A stretch of 64,000 nt of DNA from a virus, in the IMG/VR virus record IMGVR_UViG_3300033149_002674, positions 3,971 through 67,970 of that record, one strand, 5' to 3'. The translations under genes and the position numbers were made by a program. Below are positions 10,901-20,501 of the stretch, in pieces. Every line of letters starts with the position of its first letter. Within the stretch, counting starts at the first letter, position 1. Below the pieces are notes generated by a model. That model worked only from the letters and a program-made list of their open reading frames with translations. It ran no database searches and was not told the DNA's origin.

Positions 10901-13900
10901 AGTTCTGGGCTCTTGGTATAACGCCTCTTTATCAGAATCCATTCAAGCTCAACTGCCCACCAGGTGAGATATCAAGAAGAAGCCCAGATGAGCTACCAGG
11001 AACAGTGACTGTAGAGCGCACGATTGTACCTGCGAAGTTTGATAACGGATATCTACCAACTCGTTCCGGAGACTTTATCTCCTTCCCTGTTTCTTCCAAT
11101 TTAAGACTGGAAGAGGGAACGATAGAGATGACTGTATTCCCAGAGTGGGATGGAGTAGATAATGATGCAACTCTTACTTTTAAGAACCTAACTAAAGACG
11201 GGTATGCTCTTCCATCAGACCAAATCTTCATTGGCTCAAGTTCATACAATCCAACAATTGGACTGGATGGAACCTTCGAAGTTTCTAGGTTTGACGACCC
11301 ATCACCAGTAGGCCTTCCACCAGCAGCGTTCACTCAGACTGGTATCTTCATCTTTTACGATGACCAGATTAAGCAGTGGAGAGTTCTAGCTAAGGAAAGG
11401 GCTGTAACCACTACTGATGGTTATGTGTTTGCTGGAGAGATTATCTCTTCTGGTGAGGTTTACGATGTAAAGAAGATTCCTGGCGTTTCTGATATCGATG
11501 ACATTATCAGGTCTGATCAGGAAAGGATTGAGTTTATATTCAACATCAACTCTACTGATGGGTATTCCCCAGACGGGTACACTACTGGTGATGGCTATGT
11601 TCCAGGGTATTCGTTTGACGGCCTTACCTTCATGGCAGACTCTCTTCACTACTTCTTTGATTTTGCAGAGGATGAGTCCAAGAACAGATTCTCACTTTAC
11701 AAGGATGGTAGAGGTTATCTTAACTTCACAGTTTGGGATAGAGGTGGTGGATACGCACTCGATCCTAACAGGAGAACTAAGTATACAGTTTCTGCTGATA
11801 TCTCTGACTGGGAGACCGGCGAGGAGCACGCTATAGGTGCATCTTGGAGACTGAACTCCAAGGACAGAAGAGATGAGATGCATATCTATGTTGATGGACA
11901 AGAGGTTCCAAACATCATTAGGTATGGTGGCATTCCAGCAGCATCTTCTACAGACCGCTTTAGAACAGTTCAGCCAGAGGTTGTTGCAGGCATCGTTCCC
12001 AAGACAGCAGTTGCAGGAACCTGTGTAACTCAGCAGGGCTCTCAGAATATTATCGGAAATGGTGTTGACTTTGGAATGCTTGGAATACTCCCTGGAGATA
12101 CTATTCAGATTCAAGAACAGGGATTCGTATCGTACAATATTATTGCAGTCAATGGCCCCACTCTAACCCTTGACGATCCAATGCCTGCGACACTTGCAGA
12201 TGCTAGGTTTACTGTTAACCCATTCAATGCTATTGTTTCTTCCGAAATAGATATCTATAAGAACATTGCAGTGTATCAACTTCTTGGTGGAGTTGAGATA
12301 GAGATTCCTGGTAGGAGAGCAGCTGTTCCAGGTTATGAGTTCACAAAGAATGCGTTCAACCAGAACGTGCTTAGAATACTTGGTGGCGCTCAAGCTGGTT
12401 CTCAGATCATCATCAGAACTCTTGGTCTCAACCATAGAAGGTGCAGAGAGAAGGTGTTCCTATGGGGTGAGCAGGCTGTTCTTAAGACACAGCTACCACC
12501 ACCAATCAATCTCGATGAGGTAATAATTCGCTCTGTGAATCTCCCTTATGCGGTTCTTGGCCCTGATACATCTACTATCAATGCTGGTAACTTCGAAGAG
12601 TCATTCGTTCCTACCGGAGTGTCTAACTCCACAGAGGGTAGAACTCTTGAGGTTAGAGTAGCTGGTGGAAATGTTGACTTTACAACACCAACAACTGTTA
12701 CAATTAACGGTACATCTACTGGCGGTCCAGTTGAGGTTCTGAACTTCACTGCACCAGGAAAGCTTACTACAGCAAACAAGTGGCAGACAATCACTTCAGT
12801 CGATGTTGTGACCACACCGTTTACTACGGCTAGAACATCTGCAGGTGTTGAGATCAAGGAAGCTTACTCTGTTACCGCTCCTGATGGAAACAATGTGTAT
12901 CCAGTTATCAGGTTCGGTTACCAGACTCAGGCAGGCCTTACTCTTCAGGGTGATGGCTCTAACATTGTATCTGACCCTAATGGATTTTTTGCCGCATCCA
13001 CTGTAGGACAGCCAATCGTGATTGAGTCTCCACCAGCTGTGGCTGGCACTTATGTTATTGAGCAGAAAGTTGATAATCAAACTGTAAGGCTAGATACAGT
13101 GCTGGGTTCGGCATTCGCTGACGGACAGTACAAGACCTTTAATATTTCCATTGGAAGGTCAGGATTTCAAAATGGATTCTTCTTCCTTGAGCAGGCTGGC
13201 ACTGTAAACGTTCCATACGAGCTTCCACAGGGCTTCTATGAATTTGACTTCTCTGCATACCTTGAGGTTCCATTCGATCCTGTAGGCCAGCTTGAGGCGC
13301 ACATAGGCTCTGACTTTAGAGGTGAGCAGCAGGCTAATGCTAAGATTGATGAGTTCAGGATTCTGAATCGTCAGCTTACTGATACCAGAGTTGGTGAGAC
13401 TCTTGGATTGAATGATGAGTCTATCACTACAGGTGCATCAAAGATATCTCCATTCAGGAAGAACAACCAGACTCTTGTCCTGCTTCACTTCGACACATTC
13501 CCAATTGAAAACGATGCAGATTACTTCACGTTTGCGAACAGGAAGTTCTTGCAGTCCGGGACATCTGTGAATGATAACTTTGGGCAGTCAATATGCTTTA
13601 CAAATTCTGGACTAGGATTTGATAACAATAACAGATTGACTACAGATACCGAAGGTACGATTGAGTTCTTTGTATCCCCAAGGTTTGACAGCTACAATGA
13701 TCCGGTTAAGAGAGTGTACTTTGACGCTACATCATCTATAGTTGAGGAGCAGACATCGCTAACCAGAGGAACCGTTGTGGCTTCCGGAAGGATTGGAGAG
13801 GTTCTCTCTGTGAGATTGGTGACAGATGTTGACCAGACAGGAACAGACTTCTTTATCGGAGGATCTGTTGAAGATGATGGTCAGACAATATCTCTTGGAA

Positions 13901-14661
13901 CTGCCCTACCATTCCAGCAGACACCAGTTGTGATTACGTACATCCCATCTGGCGTTCAGGGAGATAGGATAACAATAGCCAAGGATGAGTTTGGATTCAT
14001 AGCATTCAGCGTACAGGCTTCTGGTCAGTTGTATCAGGTTCGTCAGCCAGTATTCTGGGAGCGTGATTCTTGGCATAGAATCAAGGCATCCTTCAAGTTC
14101 AACTCTCCAAACAACCTAGATGAGATCAGGCTGTTTGTAGATGGTGAGGAGCGTGGCTCTATCCGATTCGGGCAAGGAATATTGTTTGGTGATGGATTCT
14201 TGTACGGTGCCACGGTTGCAGGTGTTACCGACCAGATTTTCCAGGCTAATATGGACTTCACGGATACAATTACCAGATTCCACCTCGGTCAGGACTTCAC
14301 AGGTTCATTTACAGCTCAGGCAAGAATTGATAACTTCAGGCTTTCTAATAAGTCTCTGGAGTCTCCAACGATTTCTGGGCAGGCAATGGACGTAAACTTC
14401 AACACAATCGTTGATTGCATGTTTCCAGTAATTGAGAATGCATACACAACAATGCTGCTAGATTTCGACAGAGTAGTCGAAGAAGTAGAAGATTTCGCCC
14501 TTTTGCGTGATTCTGAGTTCGGTATATTCAACTTTACCATCAATATCATTGATTCTTTTTGCATAGTTGAAGAGTCTGCAAGAGTCCAGGCAATGCTAGA
14601 AGCAATGATTTACGCCCTCAAACCAGCCAATGCAAAGGTTGATATAAACTATGTAAAGTGA
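7936..14661 (+). CDS. Giant baseplate wedge/tail protein with N-terminal Ig-like domain and LamG/concanavalin-like domains
   Basis: 2241 aa, following baseplate J. ERYRDAMIGSLQSFTRGPT and terminal LKPANAKV resemble the P2 gpI/T4 gp7-type wedge. LamG-like motifs EGTIE...WH.I...LFVDG...IDNFRLS. Six DGY motifs. Confidence 0.65.
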   Translation: MPNLRIIGINAADSRTIKVKFSNTLNPAISAQNVRVVGKQESTPDAQVRAAIVAGDILNITVLPMTPFVKYDVIFTSAPSSPFNSEDGRDFLVEDGVENVREVLGAEDPYNIFRDNLVELLQGQPYVPEKGTFIRTMFNEISNGMLRAQRDIRQSKNDNYLSLYVTDERKRRAYGPYDRLAQEGAIRVDRVGLTESNQTLKGSIPFESFPSDIITLQRQFVEDERLIAGSGPGTFDRFVLSLNNFPVTKLTSVQILYQNGDVFNYDIRSYGYQIQDPKYDTAFASTLLTLEENQVKLNEAILEDDTFRVPENGDFVAVNYEYKSTGRIIDDASVAVTQVLSAVRQATPALVNEFSLGHAPVVDASDVIPTINGVQFLDPNSDEPFKTIHPAFISEIPFRAESLPRNPGEFSVDYPNGRVYVYGAETNDGTGVFPPAASFFYRNSFRRDLDYTYRDETRELVASPLRNLAGQKAKITFLFEQTLVEGVDYKTGVHHEELSERIENRLISGNSLRVKNAPVTNVFRIFNETTGEIYRLNRFVNDKIVFSANRPPNVGNDTFERSTFALATNEQLIVDSELTNVLGTRIYRINLLNQNIISGTEDVIGSSYNTSVVFSRADIFDNERYYEGQFLGEAGNYDKLTVGEYMVDYRNGVVFVGVTNAQDLAIGTVNYRKPEISPQNPHVISVSEVYYSINPAIGISKRLDYSGFEDGAIFPSVFDISDERFLNGDQTMPYLVINGTITVQDDVRAVRNIFDNEDLLNNISSVNFGPGSMAQGNVIMMNPAGVEVVQNTTVGPGLTIDIDTGSPGISLNTALSVVRTTDNQELLDGYQTITDNIITLSGISGAVVGDPVSVLHTVVLNNAATPIVDYDRGEHYIDYSYLADEIIVSYEYGDNVLDFRESTALDVGQEYYVSYRVGALRDALLENFGSLMEIPELNSFDVNLERERYRDAMIGSLQSFTRGPTNPSMKDMIAEVTKIQPDIIEAAFQFWALGITPLYQNPFKLNCPPGEISRRSPDELPGTVTVERTIVPAKFDNGYLPTRSGDFISFPVSSNLRLEEGTIEMTVFPEWDGVDNDATLTFKNLTKDGYALPSDQIFIGSSSYNPTIGLDGTFEVSRFDDPSPVGLPPAAFTQTGIFIFYDDQIKQWRVLAKERAVTTTDGYVFAGEIISSGEVYDVKKIPGVSDIDDIIRSDQERIEFIFNINSTDGYSPDGYTTGDGYVPGYSFDGLTFMADSLHYFFDFAEDESKNRFSLYKDGRGYLNFTVWDRGGGYALDPNRRTKYTVSADISDWETGEEHAIGASWRLNSKDRRDEMHIYVDGQEVPNIIRYGGIPAASSTDRFRTVQPEVVAGIVPKTAVAGTCVTQQGSQNIIGNGVDFGMLGILPGDTIQIQEQGFVSYNIIAVNGPTLTLDDPMPATLADARFTVNPFNAIVSSEIDIYKNIAVYQLLGGVEIEIPGRRAAVPGYEFTKNAFNQNVLRILGGAQAGSQIIIRTLGLNHRRCREKVFLWGEQAVLKTQLPPPINLDEVIIRSVNLPYAVLGPDTSTINAGNFEESFVPTGVSNSTEGRTLEVRVAGGNVDFTTPTTVTINGTSTGGPVEVLNFTAPGKLTTANKWQTITSVDVVTTPFTTARTSAGVEIKEAYSVTAPDGNNVYPVIRFGYQTQAGLTLQGDGSNIVSDPNGFFAASTVGQPIVIESPPAVAGTYVIEQKVDNQTVRLDTVLGSAFADGQYKTFNISIGRSGFQNGFFFLEQAGTVNVPYELPQGFYEFDFSAYLEVPFDPVGQLEAHIGSDFRGEQQANAKIDEFRILNRQLTDTRVGETLGLNDESITTGASKISPFRKNNQTLVLLHFDTFPIENDADYFTFANRKFLQSGTSVNDNFGQSICFTNSGLGFDNNNRLTTDTEGTIEFFVSPRFDSYNDPVKRVYFDATSSIVEEQTSLTRGTVVASGRIGEVLSVRLVTDVDQTGTDFFIGGSVEDDGQTISLGTALPFQQTPVVITYIPSGVQGDRITIAKDEFGFIAFSVQASGQLYQVRQPVFWERDSWHRIKASFKFNSPNNLDEIRLFVDGEERGSIRFGQGILFGDGFLYGATVAGVTDQIFQANMDFTDTITRFHLGQDFTGSFTAQARIDNFRLSNKSLESPTISGQAMDVNFNTIVDCMFPVIENAYTTMLLDFDRVVEEVEDFALLRDSEFGIFNFTINIIDSFCIVEESARVQAMLEAMIYALKPANAKVDINYVK

Positions 14662-14667
14662 TAAGTT

Positions 14668-17640
14668 ATGGTTAATAGAAGCAAAGTATCAGTACCTTAC
14701 AATCAATGGAATGATGCCCAGAGGGTAGATCGTGATGACATGAACACTGAACAGGACAGAAATGTCCAGATTGACAGTGCAATCATCAACAATCACTTCG
14801 GCTCTGGTGTGTTACCGGACTCTATTGAGCAGAAGGTGCTATTCGACTCTGATAACCTCACTCAGGAGCAGCAGGCTCTTGTGGTGTCAAATGACTTCGA
14901 CGGCACTGGTGTAGACGTACATGCTCAGCCAACTGACATAAATCTTGGAGAGCAGATTGAGGTTGAGCTTACTGGCGGAGAGGTTTCAGGACGTTTCAGC
15001 ACAAAGGTTCTTATTGTGGGCCTGGACTTCCAAGGTGTTCCACAGTACGACCGTTTTGAGTTCTACAAGAATGAGATTCAGGTAACTAAAAAGCATTACT
15101 CAAGAATTCTTACTGTATTATTCAATGACTTCAAGGGCAACAACAATTGCTCAAGAGACCGTGGCGGAAGAATCGTCATGCGTGAGGTTCAGTCCTATCA
15201 GCTTTCCCGTGATGGCATCATGGCATCTCAGGACTTTGAGCCAAACCTATTCTTCAGAGACTTCAAGATCTCTGGTCTCATTCAGGGAGCGAACCTTACA
15301 GTATCTCTATTCCTCACCATTCAGGATGGTATGGGTCCAGAGTATTCTGTTGACGCTCTTCAGATTCAGACAACAGTAAGGCAGAACAGATACCTTAATG
15401 CTGGCGACGTTGTAACAAAGATTGGACAGAAGTTCCAGGCTACAACCAACAACATTCAGAAGATATCACTTCTACTTGGTATTGATAAGGATAACACACA
15501 ACCAGTTGAAGATCAATTCAATTGGACAGGTGATTTGGTTATTTCTATCTATGCCCTTCAGAATACTGTAACATGTCCAACTCAGATTGTTCCTGAGCTT
15601 TCTATTGACTTTGATCCTGCAGCTGAACCTATCGTTCAGCTCTCCATGGATTATGATGACTTCAGAAGACAGGGCTATGTTCTTACCGACGTACTTCAGC
15701 CTGTTGACTTCGTTTTCGCCGATACAAAGATTGGCTCTACAAACAATACTGAAATTGTTCCTGATAGATATTATGCAGTAACCATCTCCAGGTCTGGAGC
15801 TGCAAACACAGGAAACATCTTCACTGGTGTTGGTAACTCATATGAGGACAATTCAAGGCTTACACTTTTCAACACCTCATGGGTTGATGTTGTTGAAGAA
15901 GAGCTTTGGCATAGAGTTTACCATGCGGCAGCTAAGGTTGCTGATGGTCAGGCTTACGATTCTGGTAACGGTATCGAGATTGAGAAGACCGAGATAAACG
16001 AAGAGGGAGCTACTGTAGACTACGCTCTTGATGCTCAATCATTCTCTGATGCTGGTGAAGGCACATTGAATACAGCGGTTGTTCAGGCTATCACAGAGTC
16101 ATTCCAAGAAGAGCAGGATGAGAGAACTGGTAACCCAGTAAACTCAAGGCAGCAGTTCGAGCCATCATTCTCTTTCGTAACTAATGCTACTCTTGAAGAC
16201 CTTCAGAGCACAGCAGAGCCTCTGATCATCGGTTGCGCTCAGGATGTTAACCCTAAGCAGAATGAGACTATAGACAAGATTCAGGAGTTTCCTGGTCTTG
16301 TTCGTGGTGACATTTTTAGAGTTGTCAACCCTGATCCTGACTTGCTTTCCAACAACCTTGTTGGCTCAAAGCTTGTTCCTAACAACAATTGCGTTACAAA
16401 GGATTACCTTATCACCAAGGTTTCTCTTTGCACTGACGGTTACGGAGATGTAAACGGTGACGGCTCTATTGATGCAGATGATATTGCAAGAGCTGCAGCG
16501 CTTGTGGGCGAGTCACTTCTCTTGGAGTCTACTCAGGAAAAGATTGTTGATGGATATATTGATACTCTTGAGATTCTCAGAGCTGACGTTGATGGTGACG
16601 GATACATTTCTGCTAATGACGTTACACTTATCACAGAGTTCGTAACAAGAGACATCAACTCATTCCCAGTTGGTACATCATTCGACCACCTTGAGATTCA
16701 GGTTCAGCAGACAATCGGACGCTTTGACGGCTACCACGATTGTGCAGATGGATATGATGCTAACACTGGTACGTACTTTGAGCAGGTTAGAATTGGCGGT
16801 GATACCGGCAACATTGTTCCTGTATCAAGCCTCTCACAGGCAGAGCAGGAATACTACGGAGCGACAATTACTCCAGATATGAACGGAATGGATCCTGATT
16901 TTAATGCTGTTCCTTTTATGGATATAGCTTATCAGATTCAGCCTCTACCTTGGTGGCAGGACTACAACCTTGTATTCTCTTCTGATGCTAGGTTTGTACC
17001 GGCAGCGTTTACATCTGAGTCTTCAGATACCATTGTTGATTGCGAGGTTCAGTCTACAGCTACTTGCGTTGATAGGTCTGATATCATTCCGGTATGTGAC
17101 CCTGGTAAGAATGACATTCTGATTCCAAACAACCTGATCATGAAGGGAGGTCAGGTACTCAACCCTGATGGTTCTCATTACAAGGTTGATTTGGAAATCA
17201 ATCACGTCATTTTGCAGCTTCCGGAGATTCCGTTTGAGGAGTCCATCATTGATGTATTTAGAAAGTTGGTCGCAGATGCTGGTGACGGATTCACTTCTGC
17301 TGGCTATCCTGCAATGAGATTCTCTGACTGTACTCCAGTTGGGGTAGACGCTCTAGCTAGAAACCAGGTTAAGTTTGGTGTCGCAGTTCAGGCATTCAAC
17401 CCGAACCTAGATGGGTACTCAGACATGGATGGTTACGTCGTAATTGTGGATGACCATATTGGTGTTCATATTGATGACTCCACCGGTCTATTGACGCTTA
17501 CAGTTCAAGATTTAGAAGTAGATCCATTGTTCATGACATTGGTTACAAAGATTGAAATCACAGTATATCTAAAGAAAGCTGGCTGGAATCAGAATACGCT
17601 GGTCATTCCACCTGAACAGATACAAGGATTATTGAGTTAA
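14668..17640 (+). CDS. Putative virion structural protein with a dockerin-like double Ca2+-binding repeat
   Basis: 990 aa. GDVNGDGSIDADD...ADVDGDGYISAND pair. Seven DGY motifs. Located in the baseplate operon. Confidence 0.6.
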   Translation: MVNRSKVSVPYNQWNDAQRVDRDDMNTEQDRNVQIDSAIINNHFGSGVLPDSIEQKVLFDSDNLTQEQQALVVSNDFDGTGVDVHAQPTDINLGEQIEVELTGGEVSGRFSTKVLIVGLDFQGVPQYDRFEFYKNEIQVTKKHYSRILTVLFNDFKGNNNCSRDRGGRIVMREVQSYQLSRDGIMASQDFEPNLFFRDFKISGLIQGANLTVSLFLTIQDGMGPEYSVDALQIQTTVRQNRYLNAGDVVTKIGQKFQATTNNIQKISLLLGIDKDNTQPVEDQFNWTGDLVISIYALQNTVTCPTQIVPELSIDFDPAAEPIVQLSMDYDDFRRQGYVLTDVLQPVDFVFADTKIGSTNNTEIVPDRYYAVTISRSGAANTGNIFTGVGNSYEDNSRLTLFNTSWVDVVEEELWHRVYHAAAKVADGQAYDSGNGIEIEKTEINEEGATVDYALDAQSFSDAGEGTLNTAVVQAITESFQEEQDERTGNPVNSRQQFEPSFSFVTNATLEDLQSTAEPLIIGCAQDVNPKQNETIDKIQEFPGLVRGDIFRVVNPDPDLLSNNLVGSKLVPNNNCVTKDYLITKVSLCTDGYGDVNGDGSIDADDIARAAALVGESLLLESTQEKIVDGYIDTLEILRADVDGDGYISANDVTLITEFVTRDINSFPVGTSFDHLEIQVQQTIGRFDGYHDCADGYDANTGTYFEQVRIGGDTGNIVPVSSLSQAEQEYYGATITPDMNGMDPDFNAVPFMDIAYQIQPLPWWQDYNLVFSSDARFVPAAFTSESSDTIVDCEVQSTATCVDRSDIIPVCDPGKNDILIPNNLIMKGGQVLNPDGSHYKVDLEINHVILQLPEIPFEESIIDVFRKLVADAGDGFTSAGYPAMRFSDCTPVGVDALARNQVKFGVAVQAFNPNLDGYSDMDGYVVIVDDHIGVHIDDSTGLLTLTVQDLEVDPLFMTLVTKIEITVYLKKAGWNQNTLVIPPEQIQGLLS

Positions 17641-17643
17641 GTA

Positions 17644-17826
17644 TTGAAGAGGATTGTAGTTTTTTTGGTTGTAAGTTTGTTTCTTGCTTCGGCTTGCAGG
17701 CCAGGTACACCCAAAAGACCTTCTCCTTCGAAAGACGCTCATGCTGAGAAGCGGAAAAAAGAGGAGCAAGAACCCACTATTATTGCACCTCCACCAGCAT
17801 ACGGTAATAAAGTTGTAAGGAAATAA
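17644..17826 (+). CDS. Small putative lipoprotein
   Basis: TTG start. MKR followed by a hydrophobic stretch and a lipobox-like LASA-C. Pro/Lys-rich mature part. Confidence 0.45.
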   Translation: MKRIVVFLVVSLFLASACRPGTPKRPSPSKDAHAEKRKKEEQEPTIIAPPPAYGNKVVRK

Positions 17827-17859
17827 TCATTATTGGTATCGCTTGATATATAGATATTC

Positions 17860-18591
17860 ATGAAAGAATGTCGCATATGCAATGAATTAAAGGACCCCTC
17901 TTGTTTTTACAAGAGGGGTTCTGGCGGTTATAGGACTGAATGCAAAGAGTGCATAAAGTCTAAGGCGAAAAAAGAATATAGAAAAGACCCCTATAAAATA
18001 AAGTCTCGTGTTGCCCTTTATAGGAAAAACAATAGAGATAAAATAATAGAAAACATGCGTGAGTATAACTCAAGAGAAGAGGTTAAAAAACGTATGGTTA
18101 AGTATAGACAAGATAATAAGAAAGAGCTTCGAAAGAAGGAGCGAGAGTGGCACAAAAACAACCCTGAAAAATCTCGTGCTATATCCAGAAAGAGGGCGGC
18201 GAAAAGAAGGGAGAATCCAGTTATTAGGGTTAGGTATAATGTTAGCAGAGCTGTTGGGCTGGCTTTGAACAGACAGGGCTCATCTAAGGCTGGCGAGTCT
18301 ACATTTAAGTATTTGGATTATACTTTAGATGATTTAAAGAAACACTTGGAGTCTATGTTTGAAGATTGGATGACCTGGGATAACTATGGGCCATATAAGG
18401 TAAGTGAGTGGGATGATAATAATTTATCGACATGGACGTGGCAGATAGACCACATCATATGTCAGGCAAGTTTACCATATGATTCTATGGATCACCCTAA
18501 CTTTAAAAAGTGTTGGGCGCTTAGTAATTTGAGACCGTATTCTTCTAAGCAAAACTGCCTTGATGGCGCTAATAAAGTAAGGAACAGATGA
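17860..18591 (+). CDS. HNH-type homing endonuclease with N-terminal CxxC...CxxC zinc finger
   Basis: CRIC...CKEC, a basic helical linker, then MTWDNYG...WQIDHI...CWALSNLRPYSSKQN. AT-richer than the flanking genes. Confidence 0.75.
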   Translation: MKECRICNELKDPSCFYKRGSGGYRTECKECIKSKAKKEYRKDPYKIKSRVALYRKNNRDKIIENMREYNSREEVKKRMVKYRQDNKKELRKKEREWHKNNPEKSRAISRKRAAKRRENPVIRVRYNVSRAVGLALNRQGSSKAGESTFKYLDYTLDDLKKHLESMFEDWMTWDNYGPYKVSEWDDNNLSTWTWQIDHIICQASLPYDSMDHPNFKKCWALSNLRPYSSKQNCLDGANKVRNR

Positions 18592-19700
18592 GAATCAAAA
18601 TTCAGCAATTTTTGTTCGGAGCCAATCATAGTTGGGCAGTAGTGGGACAGAACCTTGGTCGTGCTATGATTAAGCTTGGTCATGATGTTGAATTCGTGTC
18701 AACTGACGGGTTTGATGACAAATACTGCCCAGACGACCTGAAGCCATTTGTAAGACCTCAACCAACCGGTTCTTATGATTGTCAGGTTTCGTACACAGCC
18801 CCTCACAATTGGGGTCCATACCTGGCTTATGGCAATAAAAATAAGTTCGGTATCTGGAATTATGAGTACAACTCAAAAGCAGACGCTTCAAAGCTTTTAC
18901 TTCAAGGATTTGGTAAGAACTATAAGCATACCACTAAGGTCCTACCTTCCTCTCATTTTACAAAGCAGGTGTTTATCAACATGGGTATTCCAGCTGATGA
19001 GCAGGTAGTTGTGCCACATGGAATTAACCTGGAAGATTTTGAGTCCACAAATAAGGCTGAGCTTAAAACATCTGCATCTAAAAAGATTCTTCTTAATATA
19101 GCCCAGCCACATAGAAGAAAGAACTTAGCTGCTGCCCTAGAGTCTTACGGTAAGGCATTTAAGAAGGGTGATGATGTTTGTCTTATAGCTAAGGTATTTA
19201 CTGCTAATAAGCAGAAGATGGGATTTGATGTTGACTTTTTAAAGATGCTTAAAACATTCAAGTCAAAGTATAAGAGCCATGCGGAGATTGAGGTGATGAC
19301 ATCATATGTCCCAAACATCGCTGATCTTTACAATTCATGTGATATTAATTTCTCAGCAACTCATGCAGAGTGCTGGCACTTGCCTTCTTTGGAGGCTCTT
19401 GCAGCAGGACTAGTGAACGTGGTTCCAAACTATGGTGGCCAGTTAGAGTTCTGTAATTCGGAGAACGGTCTACTCATTGAAGGTAGAGAGGTACGTGCTC
19501 CTAGAGATCATCAATATTGGAAATTCAATCCTCAGGCTGTTCACTTCAAGGTTGATACAGATCATGCGGCACAGCTTCTTCAGCAAGCTGTAAGTAATAC
19601 TGATGAGTTGAAGGCTAAGTTTGGCCCTGAAATGAAGAAGACAGTACAGCATTTCACATGGGAAAATGCTGCGAAGCAGATATTGGATCTGTGCGAATAA
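18588..19700 (+). CDS. Glycosyltransferase, GT4 family (GT-B fold)
   Basis: VVPHGIN, RRKNL and ECWHLPSLEALAAG (E-x7-E motif), FTWENAA. Confidence 0.88.
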   Translation: MRIKIQQFLFGANHSWAVVGQNLGRAMIKLGHDVEFVSTDGFDDKYCPDDLKPFVRPQPTGSYDCQVSYTAPHNWGPYLAYGNKNKFGIWNYEYNSKADASKLLLQGFGKNYKHTTKVLPSSHFTKQVFINMGIPADEQVVVPHGINLEDFESTNKAELKTSASKKILLNIAQPHRRKNLAAALESYGKAFKKGDDVCLIAKVFTANKQKMGFDVDFLKMLKTFKSKYKSHAEIEVMTSYVPNIADLYNSCDINFSATHAECWHLPSLEALAAGLVNVVPNYGGQLEFCNSENGLLIEGREVRAPRDHQYWKFNPQAVHFKVDTDHAAQLLQQAVSNTDELKAKFGPEMKKTVQHFTWENAAKQILDLCE

Positions 19701-19793
19701 AGTTTGTGGTAAAGATGTATGATGCATTTTACTAATTAAGAAGTAGCTATAGTAACTGACGGTAGTTGGCGTATTATAGCTAATAGGAGAAAA

Positions 19794-20501
19794 ATGAGTA
19801 AGACAAAGTTATCAATAGTAATTCCAGTATGGAACAACTACAATTTTACGAAGAAATGTCTTGAAGATCTTAATGAGCTTCCTGATGATCATGAAGTAGT
19901 TGTTGTAGATAATGGATCAACGGACGCAACTAGAAAGTTGGAATCTACTAAGAAGATTAAGATAGTTCGTAATTCGGAAAATCTTGGATTCGCAAAAGCT
20001 TGTAACATCGGTTATACAATGTCAGATGGCGATAATGTTATGTTTTTGAATAATGACATTCGTGTAAGATCTGATAAATCAACATGGACAAAGCCAATTA
20101 TCGAGGCCTGTGAGTCTGGTAAGTGTCTAGTTGGTCCAACCGTTGGTATCCTTGATGCTAGGTTCAACTTCGTTACAGAGGCTGAGAAGATGCCATCCAA
20201 GGGGCATGTTTACATGTCTGGTTGGAATCTCAGTGCTTCTGTTGAGACATGGAAAGACCTTACCCTTGACGAATACCCTGGACCATTCTCTGAGGAGTTT
20301 GGTATTGCTTATTTCGAGGACACTGACCTCGGATTCAGAGCAATTGAAGAGGGATATGAGTATAAGATTGTGCCTTGCCCAGTTCATCACTTTGGCAAGA
20401 TGACATCAAAGAAACTTGGAACATCTAAGTTTTACCTTCCAGCAAAGGCTAAGTTCATTGAGAAGTGGACTGGCAGAGCGGACGCGATACTGAGAAAGTA
20501 A
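19794..20501 (+). CDS. Glycosyltransferase, GT2 family
   Basis: LSIVIPVWN, VVVVDNGSTD, NLGFAKACNIG, FLNND, YFEDTDL. Confidence 0.92.
   Translation: MSKTKLSIVIPVWNNYNFTKKCLEDLNELPDDHEVVVVDNGSTDATRKLESTKKIKIVRNSENLGFAKACNIGYTMSDGDNVMFLNNDIRVRSDKSTWTKPIIEACESGKCLVGPTVGILDARFNFVTEAEKMPSKGHVYMSGWNLSASVETWKDLTLDEYPGPFSEEFGIAYFEDTDLGFRAIEEGYEYKIVPCPVHHFGKMTSKKLGTSKFYLPAKAKFIEKWTGRADAILRK

Noticed and set aside
4199-17640. Bacterial extracellular contractile injection system or tailocin locus
   Set aside because: The baseplate genes are linked to DnaB/DnaC, a UvsW-like helicase, a sigma factor, tubulin and homing endonucleases in phage-like packing, which fits a replicating phage better.
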